A stretch of DNA of 64,000 nt from Minisyncoccota bacterium (GCA_041664585.1 JBAYKL010000003.1:49074-113073), one strand, 5' to 3'. Positions 48,691 through 61,694 are shown, counted from the first letter of the stretch. Numbers and translations: made by a program. Notes: generated by a model from the letters alone, not told the origin.

Positions 48691-49896
48691 ATGACTTTCA
48701 AATATAAAACAATAGATGCTAATGGGGGACAACTTTCTGGTGTTATAGATGCTATAAATATGGAAGTTGCTATAAGTGCCTTACAAAAAAGAGGACTTAC
48801 TATTGTTTCTATATCTCCAGAACAAGTTGGTTCGTTTTTTGAAAAAAACATTACCTTTTTTGAAAGGGTTTCCAATAAAGACGTCGTTATTCTTTCAAGA
48901 CAGATGGCAACTCTTTTTGAGGCCCAGGTTTCCGCTCTTAGAGTTTTCCAACTTCTTGCTATGCAGTCAGAGAATCCTACTCTTAGAAAGAAATTAAAAG
49001 AAGTTGTAGATGACTTGCAGGCTGGTAGTACTATTTCGAATGCTTTAGCTAAACATCCAAAGGTATTTTCTCAATTTTATATAAATATGGTTAAGTCTGG
49101 AGAAGAGTCTGGTAAATTGGATCAAACTTTTATGTATTTGGCAGACTATTTGGACAGAACATACGAGGTTTCTTCAAAGGTTAAGACTGCTCTTATATAT
49201 CCTGCCTTCGTTATATTTACTTTTGTCGCTGTTATGGTACTTATGCTTACAGTAGTTATTCCAAAAATCAGCGTTATTTTGAAAGATTCTGGTCAAGAAG
49301 TTCCTATATATACTAAGATCGTTATGGGCTTTTCTGATTTTCTTTTAAATTACGGAATATTTTTCTTAATTGTACTTATTATCGGTGGTTTCTTCTTGTG
49401 GAGGTATTTGATGACAGAAAATGGTAAATACTCTTTGGATAGTGCGAAAATAAATACTCCATTTATCAAAAATCTTTATAGTAAGCTATATCTTTCAAGA
49501 ATTGCGGATAACATGAATACTATGCTTCTTTCTGGTATACCTATGGTTAGAGGTTTGGATCTTACGGGTAATGTTGTTGAAAATGTTGTTTTTAAAAAGA
49601 TATTGGATAAAACAGTAGAAGATGTAAAGGGTGGAAGCTCGGTATCAGATGCCTTTGGTAAACATCAAGAAATGCCTGGAATATTCGTACAAATGGTGAA
49701 GATAGGAGAAGAGACTGGTCAGCTTGGAAATATTTTAAAAACCCTCGCTGCTTTTTATAGGAGAGAGGTTACGAACTCTATCGATTCTCTCGTTAGTCTT
49801 ATAGAGCCAGCCATGATCGTCCTTCTTGGTCTTGGTGTTGCTTTCCTTTTGGCTTCTGTTCTTATTCCGATTTACAACATATCTTCTGGAGTTTAG
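48691..49896 (+). CDS. pilC: Type IV pilus platform protein PilC/GspF
   Basis: RQMATL, GEESGKL, YP, GEETGQL, LIEP. Confidence 0.93.
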   Translation: MTFKYKTIDANGGQLSGVIDAINMEVAISALQKRGLTIVSISPEQVGSFFEKNITFFERVSNKDVVILSRQMATLFEAQVSALRVFQLLAMQSENPTLRKKLKEVVDDLQAGSTISNALAKHPKVFSQFYINMVKSGEESGKLDQTFMYLADYLDRTYEVSSKVKTALIYPAFVIFTFVAVMVLMLTVVIPKISVILKDSGQEVPIYTKIVMGFSDFLLNYGIFFLIVLIIGGFFLWRYLMTENGKYSLDSAKINTPFIKNLYSKLYLSRIADNMNTMLLSGIPMVRGLDLTGNVVENVVFKKILDKTVEDVKGGSSVSDAFGKHQEMPGIFVQMVKIGEETGQLGNILKTLAAFYRREVTNSIDSLVSLIEPAMIVLLGLGVAFLLASVLIPIYNISSGV

Positions 49897-49955
49897 AAAA
49901 GATTTTAAAAATACCTCTGAATCTTATAAGATTCAGAGGTATTTTTTGTTTAAAG

Positions 49956-50005
49956 TTATCCACATACCCCCTTATTTACACTTTTTTGTTAAAAAGGTGT
50001 ATAAT
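49956..50005 (+). promoter_or_regulatory. Promoter of major pilin with upstream DnaA box
   Basis: TTATCCACA 49956-49964; TGnTATAAT ending 50005. Confidence 0.55.
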
Positions 50006-50150
50006 ATAAACATAAGCCTGAGCTTCGCGCGAAGCTAATTGTTTTTTCAAAAATTTTTCACCTTGAGCAAGTGAAAGACAGAATGAAAAATCACAGGATA
50101 TTTATTAGAGTTAGAGTTAATTGATTTTTATCGATAAAAATTAAAAAAAT

Positions 50151-50561
50151 ATGAATAAAAAAGGTTTTACATTGATTGAGCTTTTGGTGGTTATCGCCAT
50201 CATTGGTATTCTATCTTCAGTCGTTCTTGCTTCATTGAATTCAGCTAGATCAAAAGGATCAAATGCTGCTATAAAGTCTAGTTTGGCTAACATGAGAGCA
50301 CAGGCAGAAATGTATTATGACGGTACAGGTGCAGGAACATATGGTGCATCTAATGCTTTGTGTACAGATGCTGCTTCTGGTATAAAAAATATGGTTGATT
50401 CAGTTAAAGGAATGTCAACTGCTGTTACATGTACTAGCGACGCTAGCTCATGGGCTGTGTCTGCTTTGTTGAAAGATGCAACAACATGGTGTGTTGATTA
50501 CACTGGCAAATCTGCAACAACAACAGGTATCGCTTCCTCAACTCCGTTTAAATGTAGCTAA
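50151..50561 (+). CDS. pilA: Probable major type IV pilin
   Basis: MNKKGFTLIELLVVIAIIGIL; short, own promoter and terminator, follows pilC. Confidence 0.8.
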   Translation: MNKKGFTLIELLVVIAIIGILSSVVLASLNSARSKGSNAAIKSSLANMRAQAEMYYDGTGAGTYGASNALCTDAASGIKNMVDSVKGMSTAVTCTSDASSWAVSALLKDATTWCVDYTGKSATTTGIASSTPFKCS

Positions 50562-50647
50562 ACTTTATTAAGACTTCTTAATAATTAAAAAGAAAAAACT
50601 CGCAATCGCGAGTTTTTTCTTTTTTATAAAATGATATAATATTAAGC

Positions 50648-52132
50648 ATGATAAAAATCACTAAACAAATTTTACTCCTCATTATTGTTATTTTAATAAT
50701 CATTGGCTTCTATTTTGGTTATAATTATTTTATAGATAGCAAATTAAGATCTGATGCAAAAAGACTTTCGGAGAGGGAATTATATATTAATACAAAGTTT
50801 GGTGGTTTGGTTGATAAAACAAAGATGACAGAAGGTTTTTGGTATACGGTAAAGGATCAATATGGCAATGAAAGCATAGCCTTTTTTGATCCTAGCGCTT
50901 TGGCTGGAAGTGATCTTACCCAAGAAGAGATAGACATGATCTACGGTCAGGTAAAAAGCTCTGAGATTTCAGATAAGAATCGATATGAAGTGGTTCCGGA
51001 AGAAAAATTATCGGAAAATATGCAATTTTATAATTCAGTCCTTTCTTCTCCTGTGTCACAAAATGAAAATCAGTATGTGGATATAAAAAAGAATCTAATT
51101 TCTCTTTTTAAAAATGGGAATGCTACCAAAGACGATCTCATCCAGCTTGCTTATATTTATGAGTTAGAGGGTAAATATTCAGACAAGGATTTAATTAATA
51201 AAAAAATATGTGCATCTTTTAAAATTAGATGTACTCAAGATTTGCAAATAGAGATAAGGGGTTATGTAAAAGATTCTCGTGGCTGGCTTGTTCAAAATGC
51301 AAAAGTTGATGTTCTAAGTGATGATAATGCGTCATCTGTTTTGACAAATGAAAATGGTGCATATTTGATAAAGATGAAAGCGAATGAATTACAAAAGATT
51401 CGTTTAAAAGTCACAAAAAAGGGATATTCTGATGGTATTGTTAGCCTTCAGGTTTTGTATAAAGAGCAAAAGAAATATCAAGCAGAAGATGCGGTAATTA
51501 AAAATGCCAACTATCAATTTACTTTAGATACAAAAAAGAGGACAATAACTGGTGATGACAATAAAATAGAAGGGGATACGGCAATTGTGAAAACCTCTCA
51601 AAGCACATACTCGATACCTTTAAATGTATTTTTTGATAAAAATGGAAATTATTTTAGTGGGCAGGTTGAGATTGTGGCTTATGAATTTACTAGAGAAACT
51701 GTACCTGTAAGTATTATGGCGGTAGATACTTTTGACACCGTTCGAGGATACGCTGGGAATCTTATGCAAACCTTTGGTATGCCATATATACAGTTCTATG
51801 ACAAAGATGGGGGAGATTTGTTTGTAAGAAAAAGCTCACCGATTAAACTTATTTACAAAATGTATCATATGGAAGATCTATATTCTGGCGATACAAACAT
51901 ATATGAACCAGTTACAGAAAAGGATGTTTCCGAGATGATTACTTATTGTAAAAATAGTAAGGAAGAGTATCCAATTACGAGAGAGTTTTTGATTGAAAAT
52001 CGACTTCTTAAGTTCCCAGCATGGTGGATTTTTGACCAAAGTAAAGGGGTTTGGGACAATATTGGCTACAAATTACTCGATTCAAGTGGAACGATAGAAA
52101 CCATCTTCTATACAATTAAAGATGTGGTATAA
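50648..52132 (+). CDS. Membrane-anchored protein with carboxypeptidase-regulatory-like beta domain
   Basis: N-terminal TM; IRGYVKDSRG..NAKV..TNENGAY..KKGY. Confidence 0.6.
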   Translation: MIKITKQILLLIIVILIIIGFYFGYNYFIDSKLRSDAKRLSERELYINTKFGGLVDKTKMTEGFWYTVKDQYGNESIAFFDPSALAGSDLTQEEIDMIYGQVKSSEISDKNRYEVVPEEKLSENMQFYNSVLSSPVSQNENQYVDIKKNLISLFKNGNATKDDLIQLAYIYELEGKYSDKDLINKKICASFKIRCTQDLQIEIRGYVKDSRGWLVQNAKVDVLSDDNASSVLTNENGAYLIKMKANELQKIRLKVTKKGYSDGIVSLQVLYKEQKKYQAEDAVIKNANYQFTLDTKKRTITGDDNKIEGDTAIVKTSQSTYSIPLNVFFDKNGNYFSGQVEIVAYEFTRETVPVSIMAVDTFDTVRGYAGNLMQTFGMPYIQFYDKDGGDLFVRKSSPIKLIYKMYHMEDLYSGDTNIYEPVTEKDVSEMITYCKNSKEEYPITREFLIENRLLKFPAWWIFDQSKGVWDNIGYKLLDSSGTIETIFYTIKDVV

Positions 52133-52172
52133 TTATTAGTAAGGTTTAATTTATTAATTTTAATATTTAAGT

Positions 52173-53234
52173 ATGAATTTTTATTCAAAAAAATCTAAGG
52201 TTGGTATTTTGTTTATTTTAGTTTTAATTATTATTTTGGCTGTCGCAGGCTTCTTTATTGCTAGACAATATACAAAAGCAAATACTGATTATATTTGTAC
52301 CAAGGTAACTTATGGTGCGTGTGTTATTGATAATACTCAAACACAGAGTAATTTTTCCTGTGTTGATGGGAAATATCAAAGAACTGTAAACGGAATCAAG
52401 TCTATAGCCAACACTTCATTCGCTTGGAGAAGAACTTCTTGCCCTACCAGTGATTATAAAAGCACGGTGCGTGGTAGCTCCAAGGGTGCTTCTGGTTTAA
52501 TTGGTTCAGAAAATGTTTCTGTTGAATATCAGAGCTGTCAGTTTATAGAATATGGTGATTCTTGTGGCGGTGGAGGCAGGACCAGCTGTGTTCCTAAAGA
52601 AGGGGAGTATTTAAATAGTAATGGAGAATGTGTTGCTGTTTCACCTGTAGATTTATGTCCAAACATCCTAGATGGTAAAATTCATAATCAAGCTTATATA
52701 GCTTCAAGTTCTTTGGTTTACAATCCAATAGAGAATAAATGTGATCCAAAAGATACTGATGTTTGTAGTAACCCTGGTATCCAAAGAACAATGCTCGGAT
52801 TCACTTGGAGGGATGGAGCCGGATATTGCCACACAGAGGCTTCTGAGGTTGAGGATAAAAATATTGTTATGGATATAAATTGTTCTACGAATAATGGTCA
52901 GACATGGAATGATTGTTCGAGAGTTGTGCTAGCTTCAAGAAGTCAACCTATAAAATTAAGGCCAATAATAGGTGGAATTATTGACAAAAATGGTCAATAT
53001 GAATGGTTTGATCCATCTAAGGCAGGGCAACCAATTGCATATTTCGATGGTATTGACCCATCAGAAATATCTAACATTGTAAAACCCCTTATGAATCTTA
53101 AGCTTGATACAAAAACCAGGTTTACTAAAGATGTTAGTTTAAAATTTGTTGACAGCAACAATGGAAAATATAATACTTTCACAAAGGCGATTAATATTGT
53201 AATTGCTTCTCAAGATGTCATTATAGAAAGATAA
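52173..53234 (+). CDS. Cys-rich membrane-anchored extracellular protein
   Basis: N-terminal TM, many Cys, DLCPN motif. Confidence 0.6.
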   Translation: MNFYSKKSKVGILFILVLIIILAVAGFFIARQYTKANTDYICTKVTYGACVIDNTQTQSNFSCVDGKYQRTVNGIKSIANTSFAWRRTSCPTSDYKSTVRGSSKGASGLIGSENVSVEYQSCQFIEYGDSCGGGGRTSCVPKEGEYLNSNGECVAVSPVDLCPNILDGKIHNQAYIASSSLVYNPIENKCDPKDTDVCSNPGIQRTMLGFTWRDGAGYCHTEASEVEDKNIVMDINCSTNNGQTWNDCSRVVLASRSQPIKLRPIIGGIIDKNGQYEWFDPSKAGQPIAYFDGIDPSEISNIVKPLMNLKLDTKTRFTKDVSLKFVDSNNGKYNTFTKAINIVIASQDVIIER

Positions 53235-53314
53235 TTTATATCTTTAATTATAAGAAAACAAAACCCCACTAAAATGGGGTTTTGTTTTTGATTTAAAAAT
53301 TATATAATATGTAT

Positions 53315-53803
53315 ATGAAAATTAACTTCAAAAAAGGATTTAGCATAGCCGAGATAGTTGTAGTTGTTGGTATTATGGCCCTTCTTACTACCTTAGTTTA
53401 TACATCACTTGATGGTTCAAAAAAACAGAGTAGAGATCAAAAGAGGGTTTCTGATATAAGCTCAGTTCAACTCGCTTTAGAACAGTTTTACGCAAGAAAT
53501 AAATATTATCCAAACTCTTTGTCTATAAATAGTACCGATGATTTATCTAAATATTTATCTTCTGTTCCAGATGGAGTAGTGTATGCCCCACTAGTCAGCA
53601 TAAATCCTAGTGATCCTATTCCAAACACTAAGTGTAGCTCATATCATTTATATATATCGTTGGAGTCACAAATTTCTGTGTTAGATTCTAAAAAGGGTTT
53701 TAATTCATTAACTACAGTCACACCAAGTTGTATTATTAGTCCTGATAAAAGAATAGACGCATCGGCTGCGGTTGCACCTTTGATTTACGACGTAACTCCT
53801 TAA
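53315..53803 (+). CDS. GspG-like pseudopilin
   Basis: KGFSIAEIVVVV, SRDQKRVSDI..ALE. Confidence 0.85.
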   Translation: MKINFKKGFSIAEIVVVVGIMALLTTLVYTSLDGSKKQSRDQKRVSDISSVQLALEQFYARNKYYPNSLSINSTDDLSKYLSSVPDGVVYAPLVSINPSDPIPNTKCSSYHLYISLESQISVLDSKKGFNSLTTVTPSCIISPDKRIDASAAVAPLIYDVTP

Positions 53804-53812
53804 ATTAATTTT

Positions 53813-54610
53813 GTGATTTTATTTAATACACTTTTATTTTTTATATTTGGTGCGATCATAGGGAGTTTTTTGAATGTTGTTGTTCTGAGATATAACACGG
53901 GTTGTTCTTTTGTGAAGGGAAGATCCAAGTGTTTTTCTTGTTCCAAAGAGCTTTCATGGTATGAACTCGTGCCGATTTTTAGTTTTTTATTTTTAAAAGG
54001 TAGATGTTTTGGTTGCAAGAGTAAAATCTCTATTCAATATCCACTTGTAGAATTTATTACTGGTGTACTTTTTTCCTTTGTTTTTCTAAAGTTTGGTTTT
54101 GATACTTTTTTGCCAGCATACTTATTTATTACAGCCTTGCTTGTAGCAATGGCCATATATGATTTTATGCACAAAATTATTCCAGATGGAATGGTTTTTG
54201 TATTTGATCTGTTGGCACTTATTTTGGTTTTTATGAAGACTGGTTTTATCAGTTCTTTTCAAATGCCGGGCTTTCTTAATTTATTTGCAGGAATAGTCTT
54301 ATTTGCTTTCTTCGGTGGTCTCTGGCTTGTTTCTTCTGGTAAATGGATGGGGTTTGGTGATGCCAAGCTTTCCCTCGGTATCGGATGGCTTCTTGGTATG
54401 TCTGGAGGTATTTTTTCTATAATGTTGGCTTTCTGGATTGGAGCTATATTTAGTATAGTTTTACTTATTTTAGAGAAGTTGAATTTATCCAATAAAAAGC
54501 TTACAATTAAAAGTGAAATACCTTTTGCCCCGTTTATAATATTTGCTTTTTTCATTGAATTTTTATTGGGCTGGGGCTCGGTTTATGTTGGTTATTTATT
54601 TAATTTTTAA
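53813..54610 (+). CDS. pilD: Prepilin peptidase
   Basis: GSFLNVV, RSKC..C, L.W.ELVP, GRC..C, MGFGDAKL, PFAPF. Confidence 0.95.
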   Translation: MILFNTLLFFIFGAIIGSFLNVVVLRYNTGCSFVKGRSKCFSCSKELSWYELVPIFSFLFLKGRCFGCKSKISIQYPLVEFITGVLFSFVFLKFGFDTFLPAYLFITALLVAMAIYDFMHKIIPDGMVFVFDLLALILVFMKTGFISSFQMPGFLNLFAGIVLFAFFGGLWLVSSGKWMGFGDAKLSLGIGWLLGMSGGIFSIMLAFWIGAIFSIVLLILEKLNLSNKKLTIKSEIPFAPFIIFAFFIEFLLGWGSVYVGYLFNF

Positions 54611-55279
54611 ATGATAAAAAAGAACCTTAAAAAAATAAATTCGGCCGGGTTTACTCTTGTAGAGCTTTTGGTCACTCTTTCTATTTTTGCTGTTACTACT
54701 GGTATCGTTATGACAAGTCAGGGTAAGTTTGATAATAGTATTTTACTTACAAATACAGCATATGATATAGCTCTTACTTTGCGTCAGGCGCAGACTTTTG
54801 GAGTTAACGTAAAAGAGGGTTCTGGTAATGCTTCCAGTAAATTTAATCCATATGGGGTTGTTTTTAATAATTCAGTAAAAACAAGATTTGATCTTTTCGA
54901 AGACCTTCCGGGCGGTAGCGGGGGTAGTAATTATAGATATAAATATGATGGTAATTTTATATGTGTGACTAATGTAGACTTAGAATGTGTTAGCGGCTTT
55001 AAGATTAAAAGAGGACATTATGTAAAATCAATTTCTATTTATGATAATGCTGGAGCATCTTCATCTGTTGACGTTTTGAATATAAGTTTTATTAGACCTA
55101 ATCCTGAGGCAATAATAGTGGCAGATGTTGGAGCCAATATTGGAAGTTATAATCCAGCTCTTCCATCGGCTTTCTTTAATTTACCAAAATCTGCAGAGAT
55201 TGTTATCTCTTCTGCTGATAATTCAGCAACAAGAACTATAATAGTAACCAAAGTAGGACAAATTTATGTTAAAAGATAA
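54611..55279 (+). CDS. Minor pilin (FimT/GspH-like)
   Basis: AGFTLVELLV. Confidence 0.85.
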   Translation: MIKKNLKKINSAGFTLVELLVTLSIFAVTTGIVMTSQGKFDNSILLTNTAYDIALTLRQAQTFGVNVKEGSGNASSKFNPYGVVFNNSVKTRFDLFEDLPGGSGGSNYRYKYDGNFICVTNVDLECVSGFKIKRGHYVKSISIYDNAGASSSVDVLNISFIRPNPEAIIVADVGANIGSYNPALPSAFFNLPKSAEIVISSADNSATRTIIVTKVGQIYVKR

Positions 55280-55943
55280 TTCAAAATTTAATAAGGGTTT
55301 TACTTTAGTCGAAATGCTCGTTGCCATTGCTGTTTTTATGATTGTTATGACAGTAGCTGTCGGTTCTCTGGTTTCAATAATAGATGCTAATAGAAAAGCT
55401 CAGGCAATAAAAAATGTTGTTAATAATATAAATTTTGCTTTGGAAAGTATTTCAAAGGATATGAGAGTTGGAACAAATTTCTTCTGTTTGACTAACGCGT
55501 TATATAATAATGGAACTTATACAAGTGGAGAGTATGTTAATGATGAAGATGCTTGTAAGATTGGTTCTGTTGGGGTTGGATATAAGAAGGAGAAAAACAA
55601 GTACGTTTATTATAGATTTTTTCCTGGAGACAGTAGTGTTTTAGGAGAGAAGGGTAATATTAGAAAATGTGTCAGCTCCAGTTTTCCAGATTGTAATGAT
55701 TGGGAAAGTATTACTGCACCAGCTTACAATGTTCAAATTACAAGTATGAAGTTCTATGTCTTAGGTGCCGATACTCTTTTTGATGCTGCTGGTGTCTATA
55801 CCAATAAGTCAAAGACTCAAGATTCATGGAGACAACCAAGGGTTATAATTGCCTTGGAAGGGACAGCTGGTATTAAGGATAATGTGAAAACAACTTTCAA
55901 TATTCAAACAACTGTTTCTCAGAGAATAAGAGAAATACATTAA
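55266..55943 (+). CDS. Minor pilin (PilW/GspJ-like)
   Basis: KGFTLVEMLVA. Confidence 0.85.
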   Translation: MLKDNSKFNKGFTLVEMLVAIAVFMIVMTVAVGSLVSIIDANRKAQAIKNVVNNINFALESISKDMRVGTNFFCLTNALYNNGTYTSGEYVNDEDACKIGSVGVGYKKEKNKYVYYRFFPGDSSVLGEKGNIRKCVSSSFPDCNDWESITAPAYNVQITSMKFYVLGADTLFDAAGVYTNKSKTQDSWRQPRVIIALEGTAGIKDNVKTTFNIQTTVSQRIREIH

Positions 55944-55946
55944 TAT

Positions 55947-56537
55947 ATGTTATATGTAAAAAATAAAAAAAGAATAGAAGGGTTTACGTTAGTGGAGTCA
56001 CTTGTTGCTATTTCTATTTTGATGGTTGCTATCGTTGCCCCTATGACAATCGCTCAGAAAGGTCTAGGCTCTGCTTCATATTCTAAAGATCAGATGACCG
56101 CATCTTTTTTGGCTCAAGATGCGATTGAGTTTATAAAAAACAAGAGAGATGAGATTGGTTTGAGGAAGGTTGCTGTTAAAGCAGATCCGATTGACGCTGA
56201 ATGGCTTGGGAGTAACTCGGCTTTGATTTTGTTGGACATTTATAATAAGTGTCTAAATCAAACATGTTATGTTGATACTGTGATTGAGAATATAAGTAAT
56301 ACTCCTAGTAACGTCTATTTAATCAGAAATTCTTCAGATCATAGTTTTATCTATTACGGTAATCAAAATTCAAATTCTGGTTACGAATCAGAACTATCTA
56401 AATTCAAAAGAGAGGTAACCGTGAAATATCCTGCATCTAGTAGTTTGGACGAAGCCCTTATCACAGTCAAAGTATCTTGGCCAGGTGAAACGATCACTGT
56501 TCAAAGCTTTATTTATAATTACTGGGAAAACCTATAG
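55947..56537 (+). CDS. Minor pilin (PilV/GspI-like)
   Basis: GFTLVESLVA, A.FLAQDAIE, ITVKVSW. Confidence 0.85.
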   Translation: MLYVKNKKRIEGFTLVESLVAISILMVAIVAPMTIAQKGLGSASYSKDQMTASFLAQDAIEFIKNKRDEIGLRKVAVKADPIDAEWLGSNSALILLDIYNKCLNQTCYVDTVIENISNTPSNVYLIRNSSDHSFIYYGNQNSNSGYESELSKFKREVTVKYPASSSLDEALITVKVSWPGETITVQSFIYNYWENL

Positions 56538-56539
56538 AT

Positions 56540-59135
<2,596 letters not shown>

Positions 59136-59179
59136 ACTTTTATATTCTAAATTCTGTCTGAATATGCTATATTTACCCT

Positions 59180-59464
59180 ATGTTGGAAATTAAAGATATA
59201 GAAAAGCTTGCCAAATTAGCCAGAATTGAGCTAACTACAGAGGAAAAGGAGGACCTGCTTAAGGAAGTAGATCCTATTTTAGGTTATGTAGCACTCCTTA
59301 AGGAAGTTGTTTCTTCTGTTGGAGAAACTAAAAAGGCAGGGGAACTTAGAAATGTAACAAGAGAGGATTCTTTGCCAACTGAGTCTGGATTAAATACTGA
59401 AGTGTTAGTCGCTGATATGCCAGAATCTCAAGATAATTATTTGAAGGTAAAGAAAATTTTATAA
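59180..59464 (+). CDS. gatC: Asp/Glu-tRNA amidotransferase subunit C
   Basis: LAKLARIEL, ILGYV, RED; precedes gatA. Confidence 0.93.
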   Translation: MLEIKDIEKLAKLARIELTTEEKEDLLKEVDPILGYVALLKEVVSSVGETKKAGELRNVTREDSLPTESGLNTEVLVADMPESQDNYLKVKKIL

Positions 59465-59468
59465 TTTT

Positions 59469-60893
59469 ATGATTGACCTTAGGAATCTTACAATTAAAAA
59501 AGCACATGAAGCCTTAACAAAAGGCGAGTATACTTCTGTAGAATTAGCCAATGCATATTTGGAACAAATTAAAAAAACCGATGGAGATATACATGCATAT
59601 CTTGAAATTTATTCTGATGTATTGGAACAAGCAAAAAAGGCTGATGAAATAATTAAATCTGGTAAAGCTACTGTACTTACAGGTATTCCCATTTCTATAA
59701 AAGATAATATTTTAATAAAAGGTAGAATCGCTTCTTCTGCTTCGAAGATTTTGGAAAATTATGTAGCGACATATGATGCTACTGTGGTTGAAAAACTAAA
59801 AAAAGAAGGGGTCGTATTTATGGGTAGAACAAATATGGATGAATTTGCCATGGGTGGTTCTACTGAAAATTCCGGCTTTGGGCCAACAAAAAACCCGTTT
59901 GATGTAGAAAGGGTACCTGGAGGTTCTTCTGGTGGTGCAGCGGCTTCTGTGGCCTCAAACGAGGCTTTGGTAGCTCTCGGTTCTGATACAGGAGGCTCTA
60001 TTCGTCAGCCAGCAAGCTTTTGTGGGCTTGTGGGTTTGAAGCCGACTTACGGTGCTGTTTCTAGGCATGGTGTAATGGCTATGGGATCTTCACTTGATCA
60101 AATTGGTCCATTTGGAAAAACAGTTGAAGATGTAGAAATTCTTTTTAATACAATAAAGGGACAGGACACAATGGACAGTACTACTATCCCAGATAAAACT
60201 TCTGAAGTTTTGAAAGAAAAGAAAATGAAAATTGGTGTGCCAAGAGATTTTCTTAATATGGGTGGAATAGATGGAAGTGTTGTAAAAAGTTTTGAGGAAT
60301 CTTTAGAAAAATTAAAGAGTTTGGGGCACACGATTGTTGATATAGAATTACCAAATTTAAAATATTCTCTAGCTGTTTATTATGTCATTGTTCCTGCAGA
60401 AGTTTCTTCAAACATGGCCAGATTTGATGGTATGAGATTTGGTAAGAGACTATCTGGTAAAGATGGTATTGAAGACTATTTTCTTTCAAGACAGGCTGGT
60501 TTGGGCAGAGAAGTAAAAAGGAGAATTATACTTGGTACATACGTACTTTCTTCGGGCTATTATGATGCTTATTATAATAAGGCAAATATTGTACGAGAAC
60601 TTATAACAAATGATTATAAAAAAGCTTTTGAAAGAGTAGATGTGATTATTACCCCTACTACTCCTGGTCCGGCGTTTAGGATAGGGGAGAAGTCCGGAGA
60701 TCCACTTAAGATGTACCTTGAAGATATTTTTACTGTACCAATAAACTTGGCTGGTGTTCCAGCAATATCTGTCCCATTTGGTTTTAAAGAAATTGATAAC
60801 AAGAAACTTCCATTAGGAATACAGTTTATAGCGAAACACTCTGGGGAGGAAATTCTTTTTGCTATTTCTAAAGATTTATTAGGAGAGAAATAA
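59469..60893 (+). CDS. gatA: Asp/Glu-tRNA amidotransferase subunit A
   Basis: IKDNI, NMDEFAMG, GGSSGG, GSDTGGSIRQPA, EVKRRI. Confidence 0.98.
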   Translation: MIDLRNLTIKKAHEALTKGEYTSVELANAYLEQIKKTDGDIHAYLEIYSDVLEQAKKADEIIKSGKATVLTGIPISIKDNILIKGRIASSASKILENYVATYDATVVEKLKKEGVVFMGRTNMDEFAMGGSTENSGFGPTKNPFDVERVPGGSSGGAAASVASNEALVALGSDTGGSIRQPASFCGLVGLKPTYGAVSRHGVMAMGSSLDQIGPFGKTVEDVEILFNTIKGQDTMDSTTIPDKTSEVLKEKKMKIGVPRDFLNMGGIDGSVVKSFEESLEKLKSLGHTIVDIELPNLKYSLAVYYVIVPAEVSSNMARFDGMRFGKRLSGKDGIEDYFLSRQAGLGREVKRRIILGTYVLSSGYYDAYYNKANIVRELITNDYKKAFERVDVIITPTTPGPAFRIGEKSGDPLKMYLEDIFTVPINLAGVPAISVPFGFKEIDNKKLPLGIQFIAKHSGEEILFAISKDLLGEK

Positions 60894-60934
60894 TTTCTTT
60901 TTGAGATTTTGTATTAGGTGTTATAATATTTACC

Positions 60935-61573
60935 ATGAATCAGATAGACTCATTACATTCTTTAGACCCATTTTGGATATTTCGTGTACTGTATGAGCTT
61001 TTTACTGGTGGTGTAAATGGTTCTGCAAGTTCTGCGGCAAAGATTAGCGTTGGGATATCTGGTTTTATTCACAATATTCCATATCATTTGATAAACTTTT
61101 TTGCTAGATATGTAGTATTTTCTATACTTCTTTCAATTGTTCTCCTAATCTTATCCATAATTTATATTAGAAGATTTACCGCGATAAGAAAGAAAATAAT
61201 GGATAAGATAATACCTACTGAAGGAGAAAAAGAATCTCATGCAGATGAAAAAGAAATGGTAAATCCTAAATGGCAGCTAATTGAGAAGCATATCAATTCA
61301 GATAATCAGGCTGATTGGAAGCTTGCAATTCTTGAGGCAGATATTATGCTCGCAGAACTTTTAGAAAGTATGGCTTTACCAGGAGATAGTATCGGTGAAA
61401 AATTAAAAGCCGTGGAAAAAAGTGATTTTGGATCTCTAGAAGAAGCATGGGAGGGACACAAAATACGAAATGCTATTGCTCACGAAGGTTCAGATTTTTT
61501 GATTACAGAAAGAGAAGCAAAAAGAGTTATCTCTTTGTATCATAAGGTTTTTGATGAGTTTGATATAATCTAA
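60935..61573 (+). CDS. Conserved membrane protein
   Basis: TM then W..I, LAILEAD, G.SIGEKLK, AWEGHKIRNAIAHE. Confidence 0.7.
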   Translation: MNQIDSLHSLDPFWIFRVLYELFTGGVNGSASSAAKISVGISGFIHNIPYHLINFFARYVVFSILLSIVLLILSIIYIRRFTAIRKKIMDKIIPTEGEKESHADEKEMVNPKWQLIEKHINSDNQADWKLAILEADIMLAELLESMALPGDSIGEKLKAVEKSDFGSLEEAWEGHKIRNAIAHEGSDFLITEREAKRVISLYHKVFDEFDII

Positions 61574-61623
61574 GTTCAGCTTGATTTTGTATCTTTTATC
61601 TGGTAATATACTACCTCTAGTAT

Positions 61624-61694
61624 AGCGGGGTAGAGTAACGGTAATTCGCAAGGCTCATAACCTTGAGATTTTGGTTCAAATCCAAACCCCGCAA
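61624..61694 (+). tRNA. Initiator tRNA-fMet(CAU)
   Basis: A1:A72 mismatch, GCGGGG/CCCCGC, CAAGG-CTCATAA-CCTTG, GGTTCAAATCC. Confidence 0.88.

Noticed and set aside
59180-60893. gatB absent after gatCA
   Set aside because: gatB is often encoded separately; cannot be judged from this window
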